From Venenivibrio stagnispumantis (GTDB lineage Bacteria; Aquificota; Aquificia; Aquificales; Hydrogenothermaceae): 55,222 bases of DNA. This document shows, piece by piece, positions 54,788 to 55,222 of the stretch (position 1 is its first letter; each line of letters opens with the position of its first letter). A model generated the notes under the pieces. That model was not told where the DNA came from. It did not search any database and saw only the letters and a list, made by a program, of their open reading frames with translations. Position numbers and translations under genes: made by a program. Where the stretch lies: positions 1 through 55,222 of the forward strand of contig NZ_FXTX01000010.1 of assembly GCF_900182795.1 (NCBI RefSeq), given 5' to 3'.

Positions 54788-55222
54788 ATGAGTAGTATAA
54801 TCCTATCATATAGCCTAACCCTACCACAAAGCATATATCCACATTTAGATTATCTAATCTCAATAAACAAAAGAAAGATAAACAACTGGATAAATAATTT
54901 ATGGAACAATGAAATATTAAATAAATTAAAACAAGCAGGAAAAGCATTAACTATTCTAAAAAAAGATATAAAAAATGAAGAAAAATGGATACCATCAAGA
55001 GTATATAGAAACTCATTAGAATTAACCGGACAGATACTTCGCTCTCAAATAGAAAGAAAAGAAATATATGAATTTATGGTAAATCATCCCTGCACTATAT
55101 TTTGGAATGAAAATTATTTAGCAGACCATCTACAAAAATCACCATTATTTGTATTAAACATACAAAGACAGATAAAAAAACAATTTAAAAAAGGATATAT
55201 AGAAAAAGATTATCTTAAAGCA
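54788..55222 (+). CDS. partial ORF (145 codons, no stop before window end), hypothetical; faint TnpB/OrfB-like N-terminal pattern
   Basis: ATG at 54788 then open to the last base; not in the supplied ORF table, presumably because it lacks a stop. Confidence 0.4.
   Translation, partial: MSSIILSYSLTLPQSIYPHLDYLISINKRKINNWINNLWNNEILNKLKQAGKALTILKKDIKNEEKWIPSRVYRNSLELTGQILRSQIERKEIYEFMVNHPCTIFWNENYLADHLQKSPLFVLNIQRQIKKQFKKGYIEKDYLKA

Noticed and set aside
54729-54947. Minus-strand 72-aa ORF after ribE
   Set aside because: It is antisense to the longer open-ended plus-strand ORF starting at 54788 and has a hydrophobic low-complexity translation.

Overview
The window is a visibly AT-rich bacterial chromosomal segment with about 65 tightly packed CDS on both strands and two tRNA genes (Val-TAC, Asp-GTC). 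I saw no rRNA, no CRISPR array and no clear prophage or defence island. The gene content fits a thermophile-like diderm: Kdo/heptose/glycosyltransferase LPS genes, ExbB-ExbD-TonB, Skp, Hfq, family-4 UDG, plus several archaeal-flavoured genes. Housekeeping genes present are ftsZ, gyrA, uvrB, ligA, pyrB, argF, hisIE, thiG, thiO, ribE, kdsB, rsmI, plsY and pilD. The observations I rate highest are these. gyrA carries an in-frame 368-codon intein that resembles the Mycobacterium xenopi GyrA intein, inserted immediately after the catalytic Tyr, and it retains a LAGLIDADG-like domain that looks degenerate. A family-1 encapsulin shell gene sits between yicC and skp with no cargo gene next to it. The S-adenosylmethionine synthetase is of the archaeal (MJ1208) type. 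A G-rich (CU-rich on the minus strand) structured intergenic element lies directly upstream of a terminator hairpin and may be a 3'UTR-derived sRNA. An MBL-fold hydrolase has its conserved N-terminus upstream of the first ATG. A cytidylyltransferase-like gene is adjacent to a second CDP-alcohol phosphatidyltransferase paralog. A partial ORF at the right edge has a faint TnpB-like N-terminus. All calls rest on reading the supplied translations and sequence; no database searches were run.
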